Shown one piece after another: positions 23,248 through 24,727 of a stretch of DNA of 24,727 nucleotides; the first letter of the stretch is position 1, and each line of letters opens with the position of its first letter. Location of the stretch: positions 1-24,727 of the IMG/VR virus record IMGVR_UViG_3300038393_001969. One strand, written 5' to 3'. Under the pieces are notes generated by a model. It saw only the letters and a list, made by a program, of their open reading frames with translations, was not told where the DNA came from and did no database searches. The translations under genes and the position numbers were made by a program. The DNA is from a virus (taxonomy: Duplodnaviria > Caudoviricetes).

Positions 23248-24727
23248 ATCTCTTCGACCGTATCGGACACGCCTGGTCTGCCTTCACCGGGAAGGCTGCG
23301 CCCTCCGTGGGTACGTCCTACGGCTGGGGCGGTGGCCCGTTCTGGTCGGACGCCTTCAAGTTCCGTCGCTCGCCAAGCCTGCCGGGACTCGCAGAGGCGT
23401 ACAAATCCCTGATCTTCACTTGCGTCCGGATCAACGCCGACGCAGTGTCGCGAGTGCCGTTGCGGCTCGTGAGGATCTCGGGCACGAAGGGTGACCGCGC
23501 GAAGTTCTGTGACGCCCGCCCGATCTCCAAGGGACTCCGCACTCACCTGAACCGCACGCACGCCAAGGCGATGGCGGGCGCCGCCGAGGTCGAGGAGATC
23601 ACGGGGGACCATCCCCTGCTGAACCTGATCCAGAACGTCAACCCGTCGATGGACCACGCGGCCCTCATCAACTATACAGTGATGAGCATGGATGTGGTGG
23701 GGACGAGTTTCTGGTGGCCCACCGAGGAACTTCTCGGATGCCCCCGCGAATTCTGGCCGCTCCCGCCGCATCTCGTCTATCCGGTGATGGCCACGGGGAG
23801 CCTTGTTCCGTCCGGCTATTACTTCGGCGCGGTGCAGTACACGCCCGATGACCTCGTGATCTTCAAGCACCTGTCGATGAAGAATCCGTACGGGTTGGGG
23901 ATGTCCCCGACTCAGGCCGCGATCGAATACGCGCGACTGGAAGACACCTTCATTTCGATCCAGGACGACTTGCTGTCGAACGGACCCCGGCCCTCGGTGA
24001 TCGTGAGTCACAAGGATCCCCAGGGCGCGTTTGGCGAGGCAGAGCGGAAGCGGCTCGAGCACACCATGAACCAGAAGGCGCGTGGTGGCCGGGCGGGCGA
24101 TGTGATCGTGGTCGATGGCGCCGCAGCCGTGACCCCCGTCTCCTGGGCACCGGCCGACCTGGGGGCGGTCGAGATCTCGAAGTACGACCTTGAGCGGACG
24201 TGCGGGTGCTTCGGAATCCCCGTCTCGATGGTTACGAATGAGAGCAGCAACCGCGCCGTATCCGAGTCGGGCCTCGAGCAGCACGCCCGTAATGCCGTGG
24301 AGCCGAGGTGCAAAAATATCGCATCGACCCTGACGCGGTGGACGCACTCGCTGGACCGCACCGGCAAGCGGAACTGGTCGAAACTCCAATGGGTCTTCGA
24401 CTCGGTGGTGCCCGAAGACCTGCAAGCCAAGGCCGAACTTGACAAGATGTACCTTGACATGGGGGTCATCACCCGCAACGAGGTACGCACCGAGAACGGG
24501 TACGAGCCGGACCCCGACGGCGATGAGTTGCTAGTCTCCAACAACCTTGTGACCCTTGAATCGATCATCTCCGGTGCCAACGCCCAACCCGCCAAGCCCG
24601 GTCAGCCCGAAGAGGAGGGCGAGGGCGAAGCCGACGATGAGGCCGACGATGAGGCCGACGACAACGATGTCAAGGAAGATGCGGAGGAGACCGACGAAAT
24701 CGACGATGAGCCTGATGAGGAGCCGCA
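23244..24727 (+). CDS. Phage portal protein (HK97 family), 3'-truncated; absent from the ORF track because it has no stop in the window
   Basis: Open frame from GTG at 23244: IFTCVRINADAVSRVPLRL, DHPLLNLIQNVNP, WPLPP..V, NPYG.GMSP, NG.RPS, FGIP.SM, GVITRNEVR...GY.P...GD, then an acidic tail. Confidence 0.92.
   Translation, partial: MNLFDRIGHAWSAFTGKAAPSVGTSYGWGGGPFWSDAFKFRRSPSLPGLAEAYKSLIFTCVRINADAVSRVPLRLVRISGTKGDRAKFCDARPISKGLRTHLNRTHAKAMAGAAEVEEITGDHPLLNLIQNVNPSMDHAALINYTVMSMDVVGTSFWWPTEELLGCPREFWPLPPHLVYPVMATGSLVPSGYYFGAVQYTPDDLVIFKHLSMKNPYGLGMSPTQAAIEYARLEDTFISIQDDLLSNGPRPSVIVSHKDPQGAFGEAERKRLEHTMNQKARGGRAGDVIVVDGAAAVTPVSWAPADLGAVEISKYDLERTCGCFGIPVSMVTNESSNRAVSESGLEQHARNAVEPRCKNIASTLTRWTHSLDRTGKRNWSKLQWVFDSVVPEDLQAKAELDKMYLDMGVITRNEVRTENGYEPDPDGDELLVSNNLVTLESIISGANAQPAKPGQPEEEGEGEADDEADDEADDNDVKEDAEETDEIDDEPDEEP

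Noticed and set aside
23214-24425. 403-aa minus-strand ORF, and similar long antisense ORFs such as 21342-22430
   Set aside because: Shadows of the plus-strand portal and terL genes, as expected in GC-rich DNA.
24630-24662. gccgacgatgag tandem repeats
   Set aside because: They encode the low-complexity acidic tail (ADDE) of the portal protein.

Overview
This GC-rich window is a segment of a temperate tailed (HK97-portal-type) phage genome. The host is probably a planctomycete, but that is inference. From left to right it has: (1) a rightward early/accessory operon (HAD RNA-repair-like protein, RuvC-like resolvase, an inserted tnpB-only IS200/IS605 element, CAP-domain protein); (2) within that operon, a complete, translationally coupled type IV-B-like CRISPR-Cas effector module, csf1(cas8)-cas11-csf2(cas7)-csf3(cas5)-[HTH-Cas6 fusion]-cysH-like, followed by a SLOG/MoCo-carrier gene and an excisionase-like gene; (3) a convergent tyrosine integrase next to an apparently intact attP with paired arm-type repeats; (4) a leftward ArsR-regulator operon; (5) divergent sigma70-type promoters; (6) a rightward run of small membrane or secreted proteins with a papain-like peptidase (putative lysis/envelope region); (7) terminase small and large subunits and a portal gene running off the window end. 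The most notable element is the phage-borne type IV-B module. It carries an HTH-fused Cas6 of the I-MYXAN/Cmx6 type, although IV-B loci normally lack Cas6, and I see no CRISPR array, cas1 or cas2 in the window. All calls come from reading motifs by eye; no database searches were run.
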